A DNA stretch of 64,000 nucleotides from the NCBI GenBank assembly GCA_041690175.1, contig JAWLHV010000005.1:14496-78495 (forward strand). Direction: 5' to 3'. Positions 1-9,135 of the stretch are shown here, piece after piece; the first letter of the stretch is position 1; each line of letters starts with the position of its first letter. A model generated the notes under the pieces. It saw nothing but the letters and a program-made list of their open reading frames with translations. It was not told where the DNA came from and searched no databases. The position numbers and the translations under genes were made by a program. This stretch comes from Dehalococcoidia bacterium (GTDB taxonomy: Bacteria; Chloroflexota; Dehalococcoidia; UBA2979).

Positions 1-452
1 GCCAGGTCCGACCCGGAACCGGGCTCCGAGTAGCCCTGCGCCCACGCCACCTCGCCGGAGAGGATCTTGGAGAGGTGCTGCTCCTTCTGCTCGTCCGTGC
101 CGTGCACGATGAGCGTGGGGCCGATCATGGAGACGCCGGAGCCGCCCACGCCGGGCGCGCCGGACTGCGCCATCTCCATGTTGTAGATGAACTGCTCCGT
201 GGGGCTCAGGCCCGCTCCGCCGTACTCCTTGGGCCAGTGCGGCGCGATCCAGCCCTGCTTCGCCAGCGCGCCCGCCCAGTCGTTGGCGGCCTGGCGTGCC
301 TCCTGGTCCTCGCTCACGCGGTCGGCCTGCCAGCCGAACTCCGTGGCGAAGCCCTGCGAGTCGATCTGGTAGCGCTTCGGCAGGTTGTTCTGAATGAACT
401 GCCGCACTTCCTTGCGGAAGGCGGCCTGTTCCGGGTTGTCGTTCCAGTCCAT
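1..452 (-). CDS. acyl-CoA dehydrogenase family protein (N-terminal part; gene runs off the window start)
   Basis: Reverse-strand translation from the ATG at complement 450-452 reads MDWNDNPEQAAFRKEVRQFIQNNLP...GYSEPGSGSDLA, a typical ACAD N-terminal domain; GGAGG lies ~8 nt upstream; absent from the ORF track because it is truncated. Confidence 0.6.
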   Translation of the reverse strand, partial: MDWNDNPEQAAFRKEVRQFIQNNLPKRYQIDSQGFATEFGWQADRVSEDQEARQAANDWAGALAKQGWIAPHWPKEYGGAGLSPTEQFIYNMEMAQSGAPGVGGSGVSMIGPTLIVHGTDEQKEQHLSKILSGEVAWAQGYSEPGSGSDL

Positions 453-605
453 CGAGGCCTCCGTCGCACCCGGCGCCGAGCCCCCTCGGACGCTGCCGGT
501 TCACGCGATTTCGTAGCGGTCACGGACCAGCCTTCGCCGGCCGCACGCATGATAACGCGCGCCGTCGACCGGGTGATCGAGCGGCTGGTGAGGGTCGGGC
601 GTGGC

Positions 606-1856
606 CTACGGCCGTACCGGCACCCCGGGTGCCGGGAAGCGGCCGGTCAGTTCCAGCACCTGCTTGCGGACGGCCTCGTGCTCCGCGGCGTCGTCCACGC
701 GCTGCAGGACGCGGGTCATGAACTCGCCCACCTGGCGCATCTCCGCCTCGCCCATCCCTCGCGAGGTGAGAGCGGGCGTACCGAAGCGGATGCCGCCGCC
801 CACGCGCGGGCCGTGGGTGTCGAAGGGGATGGAGTTGAAGTTCACCACGATGCCAGCGGCCTCCAGCGCGTCCGCTGCCTGCACGCCGGTCAGCCCGATC
901 TTGGTGACGTCCATCAGCACCAGGTGGTTGTCCGTGCCGCCTGACACGAGCGTGAAGCCGGCGTCCAGCAGCGTCTGGGCCAGCACCTTGGCGTTGGCCA
1001 CCACCTGCTGGGCGTACTGGCGGAACTCGTCCGTGGCCGCTTCCTTCAGCATGACAGCCTTGCCGGCGATGACATGCATCAACGGGCCACCCTGCGTCCC
1101 GGGGAAGACGCCGGAGTCGATTTTCCGGCGCAGGGGGCGGTCGCACAGGATCATGCCGCCACGCGGACCCCGCAGCGTCTTGTGCGTGGAGGTGGTGATC
1201 ACCTGCGCGTGTCCGGCCGGCGAGGGGTGAGCGCCACCGGCGATGAGGCCCGCCAAGTGGGCCATGTCCGCCAGCAGGATCGCGTCCACTTCGTCCGCGA
1301 TCTCGCGGGCGCGCTTGAAGTCCCAGAGCCGCGGGTAGGCGGTCGCCCCGGTGACGATGACCTTCGGCCGGTGCTCCTTCGCCAGGCGGAGCATCTCGTC
1401 GTAGTCCACCTGTTGCGTCTCGCGGTCCACCAGGTAGGGGACGAAGTTGTACTGCTTGCCGCTGGCGTTCACCGGCGACCCATGCGTCAGGTGTCCGCCC
1501 GCGTCCAGTTGCAGGCCCATCACCGTGTCGCCGTAGTTCAGCAGCGCCAGGTACACGGCCATGTTGGCCTGGGCGCCGGAGTGCGGCTGGACGTTCGCGT
1601 GGTCCATGCCGAACAGCGCCTTGGCGCGGTCACGCGCCAGGTCCTCCACGCGGTCCACCTGCGCGTTGCCGTGGTAGTAGCGCGCGCCGGGGTAGCCCTC
1701 CGCGTACTTGTTGGTCAGGACGGAGCCCACCGCTTCGATGACCGCGGCGCTCGCATAGTTCTCGCTGGGGATCATCTCCAGCACCTCGTGCTGGCGGCGC
1801 TCCTCGAAGCGGATGATCTCTGCGACCTGAGGGTCTACGGATTCCAGGGCGCTCAT
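606..1856 (-). CDS. glyA: serine hydroxymethyltransferase
   Basis: ORF 606..1931 trimmed to the internal Met ([34 protein letters not shown]...); full-length SHMT motifs including [12 protein letters not shown]. Confidence 0.95.
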   Translation of the reverse strand: MSALESVDPQVAEIIRFEERRQHEVLEMIPSENYASAAVIEAVGSVLTNKYAEGYPGARYYHGNAQVDRVEDLARDRAKALFGMDHANVQPHSGAQANMAVYLALLNYGDTVMGLQLDAGGHLTHGSPVNASGKQYNFVPYLVDRETQQVDYDEMLRLAKEHRPKVIVTGATAYPRLWDFKRAREIADEVDAILLADMAHLAGLIAGGAHPSPAGHAQVITTSTHKTLRGPRGGMILCDRPLRRKIDSGVFPGTQGGPLMHVIAGKAVMLKEAATDEFRQYAQQVVANAKVLAQTLLDAGFTLVSGGTDNHLVLMDVTKIGLTGVQAADALEAAGIVVNFNSIPFDTHGPRVGGGIRFGTPALTSRGMGEAEMRQVGEFMTRVLQRVDDAAEHEAVRKQVLELTGRFPAPGVPVRP

Positions 1857-1944
1857 GGCATGCTCCCACCGGACTACTGGCGAAGGCCGATGGTATCGCC
1901 GCCGCCGGTTAGCCGCGTCCCGATCCATCATCGAGGAGCCACCG

Positions 1945-2322
1945 ATGCCCGCGAGGCGAGAGCACCCGGACGCCGCCTACGTCGCGGACCTGGTGGAGCG
2001 GTTTGGCGCGTTCGCGGACGTCGTGCCTCGACGGATGTTCGGCGGCTGGGGCCTGTTCGCGGACGGCGTCATGTTCGCGCTCGTGGACGACGGGCAGGTC
2101 TACCTGAAGACCGATGAGGCCAACCGCCCGGACTTCGAGGCGCTAGGCCTCCAGCCGTGGGTGTACGAGGCCGCCAGCAAGCGCGCGACGATGTCCTACT
2201 ACCCACCCCCGGACGAGGCGATGGACGACGCCGCAGAACTCCGGCCCTGGTTCGAGGGTGCCCGGGCGGCAGCGCTCCGCGCCGCGTCGGCGCGCCGGCC
2301 TCGGTCGCGGCGGAAGTCCTAG
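1945..2322 (+). CDS. TfoX/Sxy N-terminal-domain protein
   Basis: ORF 1855..2322 trimmed to MPARREHP, with GAGGAG upstream; the core [28 protein letters not shown] matches the TfoX N-domain family; divergent from glyA. Confidence 0.65.
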   Translation: MPARREHPDAAYVADLVERFGAFADVVPRRMFGGWGLFADGVMFALVDDGQVYLKTDEANRPDFEALGLQPWVYEAASKRATMSYYPPPDEAMDDAAELRPWFEGARAAALRAASARRPRSRRKS

Positions 2323-3515
2323 CCGCCCAGCAGCCCATCGTGCTCGTCCCAGGCCCACTGGTTGAGCAACTCCAGGCAGCCCCCCACCAGCGAGTGCCCG
2401 CCGAGGACCACCGGCACCGGTGACGCCACCGCCGCCGCGACGATCTCCCGCAGCCGCGGATCCTCGATCTCCTCCACGTGCCCCAGGTCCGCCGCGAACC
2501 GGTCCGCCCTCGACGGCTGGATGCCCAGGTGCACCAGCGCGGGACGGACATCGATGAACGCCGCGCGGCAGAGTTCCGGGAGCAGCACCGCGAACGCGCG
2601 CTCGGCTCCCGCCTCCGCGATCAGCGCCCCCAGCATCGAGCGCGCCGTGCCCGAGGCGTCCGTGCCGGCAGCCTGCATCCCGCGCTCCTCCGCCAGGAGT
2701 CGCACGCGGCAGGCCGCCTCGCTCTCCAGGTACTGCCACGTCCGCGACGAGACCCGCCCGGCGACCAGCACCTCCGACGTGCGCTCCACGAAGTGCCGCG
2801 CCGCCGCCCGCACGCGCTCCACGGCCGGGTCGCCGCTCACCAGCGGCGCCAGCACCTCGCGCAGTCGAGGGCCCGCGCGGCCCGAGAGGGCCAGCGCGAC
2901 GAGGTCGTTCGGCGTGTCGAGGTTGAACTGCGTCGCCAGCGTGCGCGGCAGTTCCAGCACCTCCACGCCGTGCTCGTCCCGCAGGCGGCGCGGCACGGCG
3001 TTGTCCTTCTCCGGCGCGGGGTCCAGCAACCCCAGCAGCGAGGCGGGCCGCAGCGCAAAGAGGTCCGCGGAGAAGCGGTTGTTCGTGACGCAGCGCGGGG
3101 CATCCGCCGCCAGGGGCGCAGTCAACTCCAGGTAGTCCTTCGCCGCGAGCAGCGCCCCGCTCCCCGCGCCGAGGTAGGCGAGCGCGTCGGTGCCCCGCGC
3201 GCGCACCAGCGCCAGCAGCGCGTCGCCGTAGTGGAAGGGCGCCTCCGCGCCATCCACCACCAGCTCCAGGCCGGCCGGACCCGCCGAGGCCAGGGGGCGG
3301 TCCGCCAGCAGCACCACCGCGTCGAACGCGCCCGATGCCAGCGCAACCTCGGCAGCGTCCAACGAGGCCGCCTCCAGCGCGCGGCGCATCAGCGCCTCGG
3401 ATGGGGCGCCGTCCATCCCGCCCAGCAGGATCGCGAGCGTGGGCCGCTGGCCGGTGGCGTGGCTGTCCAGGTTCGCCTCGATCTCTAAGGGCAGGCGGAG
3501 GAGGTGAGGCCGCAT
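2319..3515 (-). CDS. conserved hypothetical protein (~399 aa) of unknown function
   Basis: ORF 2319..3800 trimmed to MRPHLLRLPLEIEANLD; the upstream part of the ORF is Arg/Pro-rich junk from a TTG start; no family recognised; GGHSLVGG motif near the C-terminus. Confidence 0.45.
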   Translation of the reverse strand: MRPHLLRLPLEIEANLDSHATGQRPTLAILLGGMDGAPSEALMRRALEAASLDAAEVALASGAFDAVVLLADRPLASAGPAGLELVVDGAEAPFHYGDALLALVRARGTDALAYLGAGSGALLAAKDYLELTAPLAADAPRCVTNNRFSADLFALRPASLLGLLDPAPEKDNAVPRRLRDEHGVEVLELPRTLATQFNLDTPNDLVALALSGRAGPRLREVLAPLVSGDPAVERVRAAARHFVERTSEVLVAGRVSSRTWQYLESEAACRVRLLAEERGMQAAGTDASGTARSMLGALIAEAGAERAFAVLLPELCRAAFIDVRPALVHLGIQPSRADRFAADLGHVEEIEDPRLREIVAAAVASPVPVVLGGHSLVGGCLELLNQWAWDEHDGLLGG

Positions 3516-3579
3516 TGTAGGCAGGCATGCGCTGACGGATACGCTGGGAGTGGGGTCGGGCCGAACACAGGGAGGCACC

Positions 3580-3846
3580 ATGCCCCGCATCCGCTTTTCC
3601 CCTACCCGAGCCCGGGAGACGCCGGAGTCGATCCCACGGGATGCCGAGGACCGCGCACCCGTCCTGGAGCAGGACTCGCCGGACCGACCAGAGGCGCCGG
3701 GCGACCAGGGCCGCGTGCGTCGCTGGGGCCGGGCGGGCGGCGCCGCGCTCACGCTGGCAGCGGCAGGTGGCGCGCTCGCGTGGGGCCTCCGCCGCCGCAA
3801 CCGCGACGCCCGACCGACAGAGCAGAAGCCCGCCGGCGAGCGCTAG
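3580..3846 (+). CDS. small hypothetical protein with one predicted transmembrane segment
   Basis: MPRIRFSP... preceded by GGAGG; hydrophobic stretch AALTLAAAGGALAWGL; weak support. Confidence 0.3.
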   Translation: MPRIRFSPTRARETPESIPRDAEDRAPVLEQDSPDRPEAPGDQGRVRRWGRAGGAALTLAAAGGALAWGLRRRNRDARPTEQKPAGER

Positions 3847-4553
3847 TCCTCGCGCGCCACGGCCAGCGCGTACACCCGCTGCGCACCCGCCGCCTTCAAG
3901 GTGCGGGCGACCTCGTCCAGCGTGGAGCCGGTGGTCGTCACGTCGTCCACCACCAGCACTGACGCTGGCGGCACGCCTCGTACGGCGAAGGCATCCCGCA
4001 GGTTGCGGTGGCGCTGGGCCGCCGCGAGCCCCGCCTGCGGAGGCGTGGGCCGCATGCGACGCACTAGGCGTGGGCGCGTCTCCGCGCCGATGACGTCCGC
4101 CACGTGACCGGCCAGCAGCGCCGCCTGGTTGAACCCGCGCTTGCGCTCACGCGCGCCGGCCAGCGGGACGCCCACCACCGCCTCCACCCGCCACTCCGGC
4201 GGGAGCGCGGCGGCGGCGGCCTGCGCCAGTGGCTCCAGGTGCGCGGTGATGCCACGGAACTTCGCCTCCAGGATCGCCCGTCGCGCGTCGCCCTCGAAGC
4301 GGAAGGGCGTACGCAGGCCATCGAACGCCGGCGCATCGGCGCCACCCGTGGCGCAGCGCTCACACCAGGTGCCGGGCCCGGGCCGCCAGCACCGTGTGCA
4401 GCGCGGCCCCTCGGCCAGGGGGAGGCCCGCAACGCAGGTCGTGTGCAGGGACGCGCCGCTGCCGCCGCAGACAAGGCAGTGCTGGGGCAGGAGAAAGTCG
4501 ATACATTCCCGGAGGAATCGGCGCCCGATCCCGTCACGCACCTCGAACGCCAT
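3843..4553 (-). CDS. comF: ComF family protein (double zinc ribbon plus phosphoribosyltransferase domain)
   Basis: ORF 3843..5168 trimmed to MAFEVRDG; CLVCGG...CTRC...CERC zinc ribbons followed by the PRTase motif VLVVDDVTTTGSTL. Confidence 0.8.
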   Translation of the reverse strand: MAFEVRDGIGRRFLRECIDFLLPQHCLVCGGSGASLHTTCVAGLPLAEGPRCTRCWRPGPGTWCERCATGGADAPAFDGLRTPFRFEGDARRAILEAKFRGITAHLEPLAQAAAAALPPEWRVEAVVGVPLAGARERKRGFNQAALLAGHVADVIGAETRPRLVRRMRPTPPQAGLAAAQRHRNLRDAFAVRGVPPASVLVVDDVTTTGSTLDEVARTLKAAGAQRVYALAVARED

Positions 4554-4637
4554 GCCGTCCTCCACCCGCGAGGGCCGGCCCGGCGCATCCACGAGCGGCG
4601 GACGGCCGGCCCCGATCCTGGGAAGCATGCCACGCGC

Positions 4638-5945
4638 ATGGCCGGAGCAGCCGGTTCGCCCGTCACGCCCACCCCGCCCATGATGGCCCCGCCGCCATCG
4701 CGCTTCGGCACGGCCGGAGACGCGCTCCGCATCCCAGCCTTTCGCATCCTGGCGCTCACCCAACTGGTGGTGGGCCTGACCCAGCCGATCCTCTTCTTCA
4801 CGCAGGGCTGGTGGGTCAACCAGGCCTCCCCGGCGGGGCAGGAGGTGGTCTACCTCGGCCTGCTGGGTGCCAGCCGCGGGGTGATCTTCCTGCTCTACGT
4901 GATGGTGGGTGGCGCGGTGGCGGACCGCTTCCCGCGCCGGCGTGTGCTCCGCATCTCCGCCTCGTCCGCCGTCATCCTCATCCTCTGTATCGACGCGCTG
5001 CTGTGGGTACCTGCGATCCGGGGCGGGGAGGGATTCGCGCTCCCGCTCATGATCGCGCTGTTCGCAACCTTCGGGCTGATGGTGGCGCAGGACATGCCCA
5101 CCCGCACCTCCATGGTGCGCGAGGCGCTGCCTGACCAACTGGTGGGTGGGGGCATCGCGTTCTTTCAACTCGCCCTCTCGGGCGCGCTGATCTTCGCCGC
5201 GCCGTTCGCCGGCTGGTCCATGGAGCGATTCGGCATCCCGGCGACCTACATCTTCGGCGTGGGCGGCCCGGCCGGCGTCCTGCTGCTCTCGCTCCTGCTC
5301 CCGCGCGATGTCGGCGCCGCCGACCCCGAGGCCTCACGCGTCTCGATCCTTGCGAACGTGCGGGACGGCGTGCACGTCCTGCGCGACGAGCCGGTGGTGC
5401 GCTGGGTGGTGCTGCTGACGTGGATCTCCACGGCCTCCGCGCTCAGCGTGATGGGCGTGCTGGTCGCCGCGTGGGTGGACCGCGTGCTGGGCATGGATGC
5501 CGCCGGCTGGGGGCGCATGGCGATCTTCTGGGGCGTGGGCTCGCTGGTGGCCGCGATGTTCCTGACCGCCCGCATCCTCACCCGCCGCCGGGGGATGTTC
5601 TTCCTCGGCGCCTCGTTCATGCTCGGGGCGGCGGTGCTGGGGTTCAGCCTGAGCCGCTCACTCCCCTTCGTGTATCTCTTCAACGGCCTGGCCGGCACCG
5701 CGCTCATGGCGTTCAACATCGCCGGCCTGTCGATCGTGCAGGCCATCGTGCCCAACCGCTACATGGGACGCGTCACGGGGCTGCTGCTGCTCGGCAACGG
5801 GCTGATGCAGGTGCTGGCGCTCGGCGTGGGACTGATGGCCGGACTCGTCGGCCTGGAGTCGGTCTACGTGGCGGCGGGCTCGGTGATCCTGGGCGCCACG
5901 GTGCTGGTCGCGCTGACCCAGCGGCCCCTCCGCACGCTGGACTGA
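4638..5945 (+). CDS. MFS transporter
   Basis: C-terminal ~420 aa of ORF 4104..5945 form about 12 hydrophobic helices (FRILALTQLVVG..., VADRFPRRRVL motif); start chosen at the in-frame ATG 4638, with 4680 as an alternative. Confidence 0.75.
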   Translation: MAGAAGSPVTPTPPMMAPPPSRFGTAGDALRIPAFRILALTQLVVGLTQPILFFTQGWWVNQASPAGQEVVYLGLLGASRGVIFLLYVMVGGAVADRFPRRRVLRISASSAVILILCIDALLWVPAIRGGEGFALPLMIALFATFGLMVAQDMPTRTSMVREALPDQLVGGGIAFFQLALSGALIFAAPFAGWSMERFGIPATYIFGVGGPAGVLLLSLLLPRDVGAADPEASRVSILANVRDGVHVLRDEPVVRWVVLLTWISTASALSVMGVLVAAWVDRVLGMDAAGWGRMAIFWGVGSLVAAMFLTARILTRRRGMFFLGASFMLGAAVLGFSLSRSLPFVYLFNGLAGTALMAFNIAGLSIVQAIVPNRYMGRVTGLLLLGNGLMQVLALGVGLMAGLVGLESVYVAAGSVILGATVLVALTQRPLRTLD

Positions 5946-6028
5946 CGCCACGGCGCCCATCGGCGCCCGGGTTCGCCCGCCGCCCGGCCTATACTGGAGG
6001 TCGGGTGCCCCCGAGATCGGAGCAGCGC

Positions 6029-6760
6029 GTGCAGGTCATCGTCCGCCTCTTTGCCGGACTGCGCGAGGTCGCCGGAAGCGACCGGCTCGTCGAGGAGTTC
6101 GACGCGCCCTCCGTCTCCGTGGAGACGCTGCGCTCGCGCCTGGACGAGGCCCACCCGAAGTTGCGCCCCTACCTCAGTGGGGTCGCCATCGCCGTGAACG
6201 AGGAATACATCCTGGAGCCCGGCACAGCCCTGAACGACGGCGACACCGTGGCACTGATCCCGCCCATCGCCGGCGGCGCGGAAGCGCCGGCGGACGTGGC
6301 CCCCCTATTCCTGGTGACCTCGGAGGTCCTGGACCCGCGCCCGCTGCGGGACGCCGTGATGACGCGCGCCAGCGGCGCGTGCGTGCTCTTCGAGGGCGTC
6401 GTGCGCGACCACCACGAGGGCCGCGCCGTGGACCGCCTGGAGTACGAGGCCTACGAGGAGATGGCGCAGCGCCAGTTGCGCGCCGTGGCCGAGGAGGTCA
6501 TGGCGGACTTCGCCGCCCGCGAGGTCCACGCCATTGGCATCCACCACCGCGTGGGCGCCCTGGGCGTGGGGGAGACCTCGCTGCTGGTCGCGGTCTCCGC
6601 GGCCCACCGCCAAGACGCCTTCGAGGCGGCACTGCGCGCGGTGGACCGCGTCAAGGAGACCGTGCCGGTGTGGAAGAAGGAGTGGGGGCCGGACGGCTCC
6701 CACTGGCAGGAAGGCGTCCAGCCGCAGCCGGGACGCCAGGCCTCCAACCAGCCGGGGTAG
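6029..6760 (+). CDS. moaDE: MoaD-MoaE fusion protein (molybdopterin synthase sulfur-carrier and catalytic subunits)
   Basis: GTG start at 6029 with GGAG upstream; N-terminal region VQVIVRLFAGLREVAG...ALIPPIAGG is a MoaD fold ending in GG; C-terminal region LFLVTSEVLD...ETVPVWKKEW is MoaE. Confidence 0.8.
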   Translation: MQVIVRLFAGLREVAGSDRLVEEFDAPSVSVETLRSRLDEAHPKLRPYLSGVAIAVNEEYILEPGTALNDGDTVALIPPIAGGAEAPADVAPLFLVTSEVLDPRPLRDAVMTRASGACVLFEGVVRDHHEGRAVDRLEYEAYEEMAQRQLRAVAEEVMADFAAREVHAIGIHHRVGALGVGETSLLVAVSAAHRQDAFEAALRAVDRVKETVPVWKKEWGPDGSHWQEGVQPQPGRQASNQPG

Positions 6761-6768
6761 GCGCATCC

Positions 6769-7797
6769 ATGGTCACCGCGCAGCGCTACTGCCCGTCCTG
6801 CGGGTCAGCCCGCGTCTCCCCGCGCCTGCTCCACCATTGGCGCTGCGAGGCCTGCGGCGTGACGGACTGGAAGAACGCCCAGCCCGTGGCCGGGACCTTC
6901 ATGGTGCGCGACGGCCGCGTGCTGCTGGTGCGCCGCGCGCCGGACATGGAGTACGGGCCCGGCGGCTGGGTGTTCCCCGGCGGCTTCGTGGAGCAGGGCG
7001 AGACGCCGTGGCAGGGCGCCCTCCGCGAGACGTGGGAGGAGGCGTGCGTGCGCCCCACCCTGCTCCGGGCGCTGCCCCCGCGCACCGTGCTGGAACCCCA
7101 CAACATCGTGATGCCGTTCCTGGCGGAACTGCCGCCCGGGCAGGAGCCCGCCCCCGGCCCCGAGTGCGCCGAGGCGCGCTGGTTCGCGTTCGACGAGGTG
7201 CCCTGGGAGGAGATCCCGTTCTCCAGCACGGCCGAGGCGCTGCGCGGCATCATCCAGGGCGAGGCGGGCACGGACCTCTTCGCCCGCGTGACGGAGCCGG
7301 GGCGGCCGCCCACCGCGCTCCGCTTCTGCGCGCGCTGCGGTGCGGCGCTCGGGCCCCGGGCCGCCGATGGCGCGCTCCGCTGCGGTCAGTGCGGCGCCGC
7401 GCGCTGGACGAACCCGCGCCCGAGCGCGGGCTTCCTGGCCATCCGGGACCGCCGGGTGCTGCTCGGGCTGCGTCGTGCGGGACGCGACGGCGCTGGCCGC
7501 TGGGCGTTGCCCTCCGGCCACATGGAGCCGGGCGAGACGCCGGCGGACACCGCCGCGCGCGAACTGCTGGAGGAGGCGGGGGTGCGCGCCTCGGCAGAGC
7601 GGTTCGTGGGCCTCTTCGCCAGCGGCGAGCACTGGGAGGCGGTCTACACCGGTCCGGTGGTCGACGACGCCGGCCCGCCTTCCGGCGAGTTCGAGGCCGT
7701 CGAGTGGTTCACCGGCCCTCGCGCGGCGCTCCTGCCGACCCATCACGGCACGCCTCGGCTGATCGAGTGGGCACGAGGTCAGGGGCTACTGGACTGA
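6769..7797 (+). CDS. tandem NUDIX hydrolase (two zinc-ribbon plus NUDIX modules)
   Basis: MVTAQRYCPSCG...; two Nudix boxes (GGFVEQGETPWQGALRETWEEACV and SGHMEPGETPADTAARELLEEAGV), each preceded by CxxC...CxxC. Confidence 0.8.
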   Translation: MVTAQRYCPSCGSARVSPRLLHHWRCEACGVTDWKNAQPVAGTFMVRDGRVLLVRRAPDMEYGPGGWVFPGGFVEQGETPWQGALRETWEEACVRPTLLRALPPRTVLEPHNIVMPFLAELPPGQEPAPGPECAEARWFAFDEVPWEEIPFSSTAEALRGIIQGEAGTDLFARVTEPGRPPTALRFCARCGAALGPRAADGALRCGQCGAARWTNPRPSAGFLAIRDRRVLLGLRRAGRDGAGRWALPSGHMEPGETPADTAARELLEEAGVRASAERFVGLFASGEHWEAVYTGPVVDDAGPPSGEFEAVEWFTGPRAALLPTHHGTPRLIEWARGQGLLD

Positions 7798-8429
7798 GCC
7801 GTCTCGGACGCGTCCCCGTCGTCACCGGGGGACGTCTCCGGCTCCGGGATCCAGTGCCAGAAGCCGGCGACGAAGCCCCGCGGATCCACCTGGTACTTCT
7901 GGTGCGTGGTCGCCGGCGTCTCCCCGCGGCAGACCCACGAGTAGATCGTCTGGTGGCCGGTCAGCGACCCGGGCAGGGGCGTCCCGGGAAAGTGCTCATT
8001 GCAGAACTGCACCATCTCCGGCGTGGCGTTGCTTCGCAGGTCCGCCTTGCCGCAGGGGAGGTTGGGCCCGTAGGTGCAGGCGTACACGAAACCGTCCATG
8101 CACCGCCAGGAGAACTCCGGCGTCTCCTCTCGCACATCGGCGTCCTGGGGGATCCCGGTAAGGTCCGCGAGCACGAGGAAGACATCCGCTGGGTGGGGCT
8201 CGCCCGCGTAGGGGGCGCCCGGCTCGTCCGCGTTCACCACCTGGCCGCAGTACGAGAACGGGCTCTCGTAGTCCACGTTCGCACTGGTGGCTGGAGCGGC
8301 ATGGGGCGTCCGAGGCGTCACGAGCGGCGTACTGCCCGTCTCCGCGTCTGGCTGCCGTCCGCCCTCGCAGGCAGCGGCCAGGAGGCTGAGCAGGATGGCC
8401 AAGACAACAAGCCCGCGAGGAGCACGCAT
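7779..8429 (-). CDS. secreted lipoprotein, function unknown
   Basis: Signal peptide plus lipobox MRAPRGLVVLAILLSLLAAAC; Cys-rich mature part; its end converges on and overlaps the NUDIX gene end. Confidence 0.55.
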   Translation of the reverse strand: MRAPRGLVVLAILLSLLAAACEGGRQPDAETGSTPLVTPRTPHAAPATSANVDYESPFSYCGQVVNADEPGAPYAGEPHPADVFLVLADLTGIPQDADVREETPEFSWRCMDGFVYACTYGPNLPCGKADLRSNATPEMVQFCNEHFPGTPLPGSLTGHQTIYSWVCRGETPATTHQKYQVDPRGFVAGFWHWIPEPETSPGDDGDASETAQSSSP

Positions 8430-8604
8430 GCACGGTCCACTTCAGAGCCCGCATGCGGTGGGAGTCCTTCCACCGTATCCCGGCCCCCCGGTGCGATCCG
8501 TAGCGATTCCGTGATAACCCGGCTGCCCTGCATCCCCGAGCGCTCACGCACCACCCGAGGGCATCACCGAACCATCGAGGCTCGCGCTCCCACGCCAAGA
8601 TCGG

Positions 8605-9130
8605 GTGCCGGGCCATCTGGCCCCTCCCCCTCGCGGGGGAGGGCTGGCGTGGGGGCAGTCACCGAGGGCCCTCGGACCTCCGAGTTCACGACGAACGGCC
8701 GGGCGAGCGGGCTCAGCACGGTGCGCCCCCAGGCAGAAGGGAGCGGCGCCCAACAGGCGCCGGGACCGTCGAGCACGAGGGAGGACTCAGGATTCTTGCG
8801 GCCGGGGGTCTTGCGACCAACTCCCGCTCGCAGGCGGCGAAGCCCTACCGCCCTCGTGGGTGAGGATTGGGGAGGGGGCAATCATCGAGGGGCCTCGGAG
8901 CTTCGAGTTCACGACGAACCACCGGGGGAGCGGGCGCAGCACGCTGCGCCCCTACAAGAGAAGGGGTTACGGCGACCGACATGCGCCGGGACCGCCGAGT
9001 AGGACAGGGGACCAGGAATCCTGCAGCCGGAAGTCTTGCGACGAACTCCCGCTCGCAGGCGGCGAGGCCCTTAGCCCCCTCCCCCCTTTGAGGGGGAGGT
9101 TGGGGAGAGGGGTCTCCGCCTCTCCTGCCT
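8605..9130. repeat. two tandem diverged copies (~245 bp each, ~75-80% identical) of a GC-rich palindromic intergenic repeat element
   Basis: Unit 1 ~8633-8872 and unit 2 ~8877-9120 share blocks cctcggagcttcgagttcacgacgaac, gggcgcagcacgctgcgcccc and actcccgctcgcaggcggcga; terminal hairpins are gcccctccccctcgcgggggagggc (8607-8632) and ccccctcccccctttgagggggagg (~9076-9100). Confidence 0.8.
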
Positions 9131-9135
9131 CTGGG

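Noticed and set aside
6534-9002. 822-aa ORF on the plus strand, one of many very long ORFs in the track (others include 1074..2117, 2143..3528, 15022..16821, 26715..29507, 48616..50697, 55893..57893)
   Set aside because: They overlap, on the opposite strand or in another frame, genes with unmistakable conserved-protein signatures. Their translations are Arg/Ala/Gly/Pro-rich low-complexity strings, which is typical of GC-driven shadow ORFs.
8605-9130. Possible CRISPR array
   Set aside because: There are only two long (~245 bp) diverged units with no short regular repeat-spacer periodicity and no cas genes in the window.
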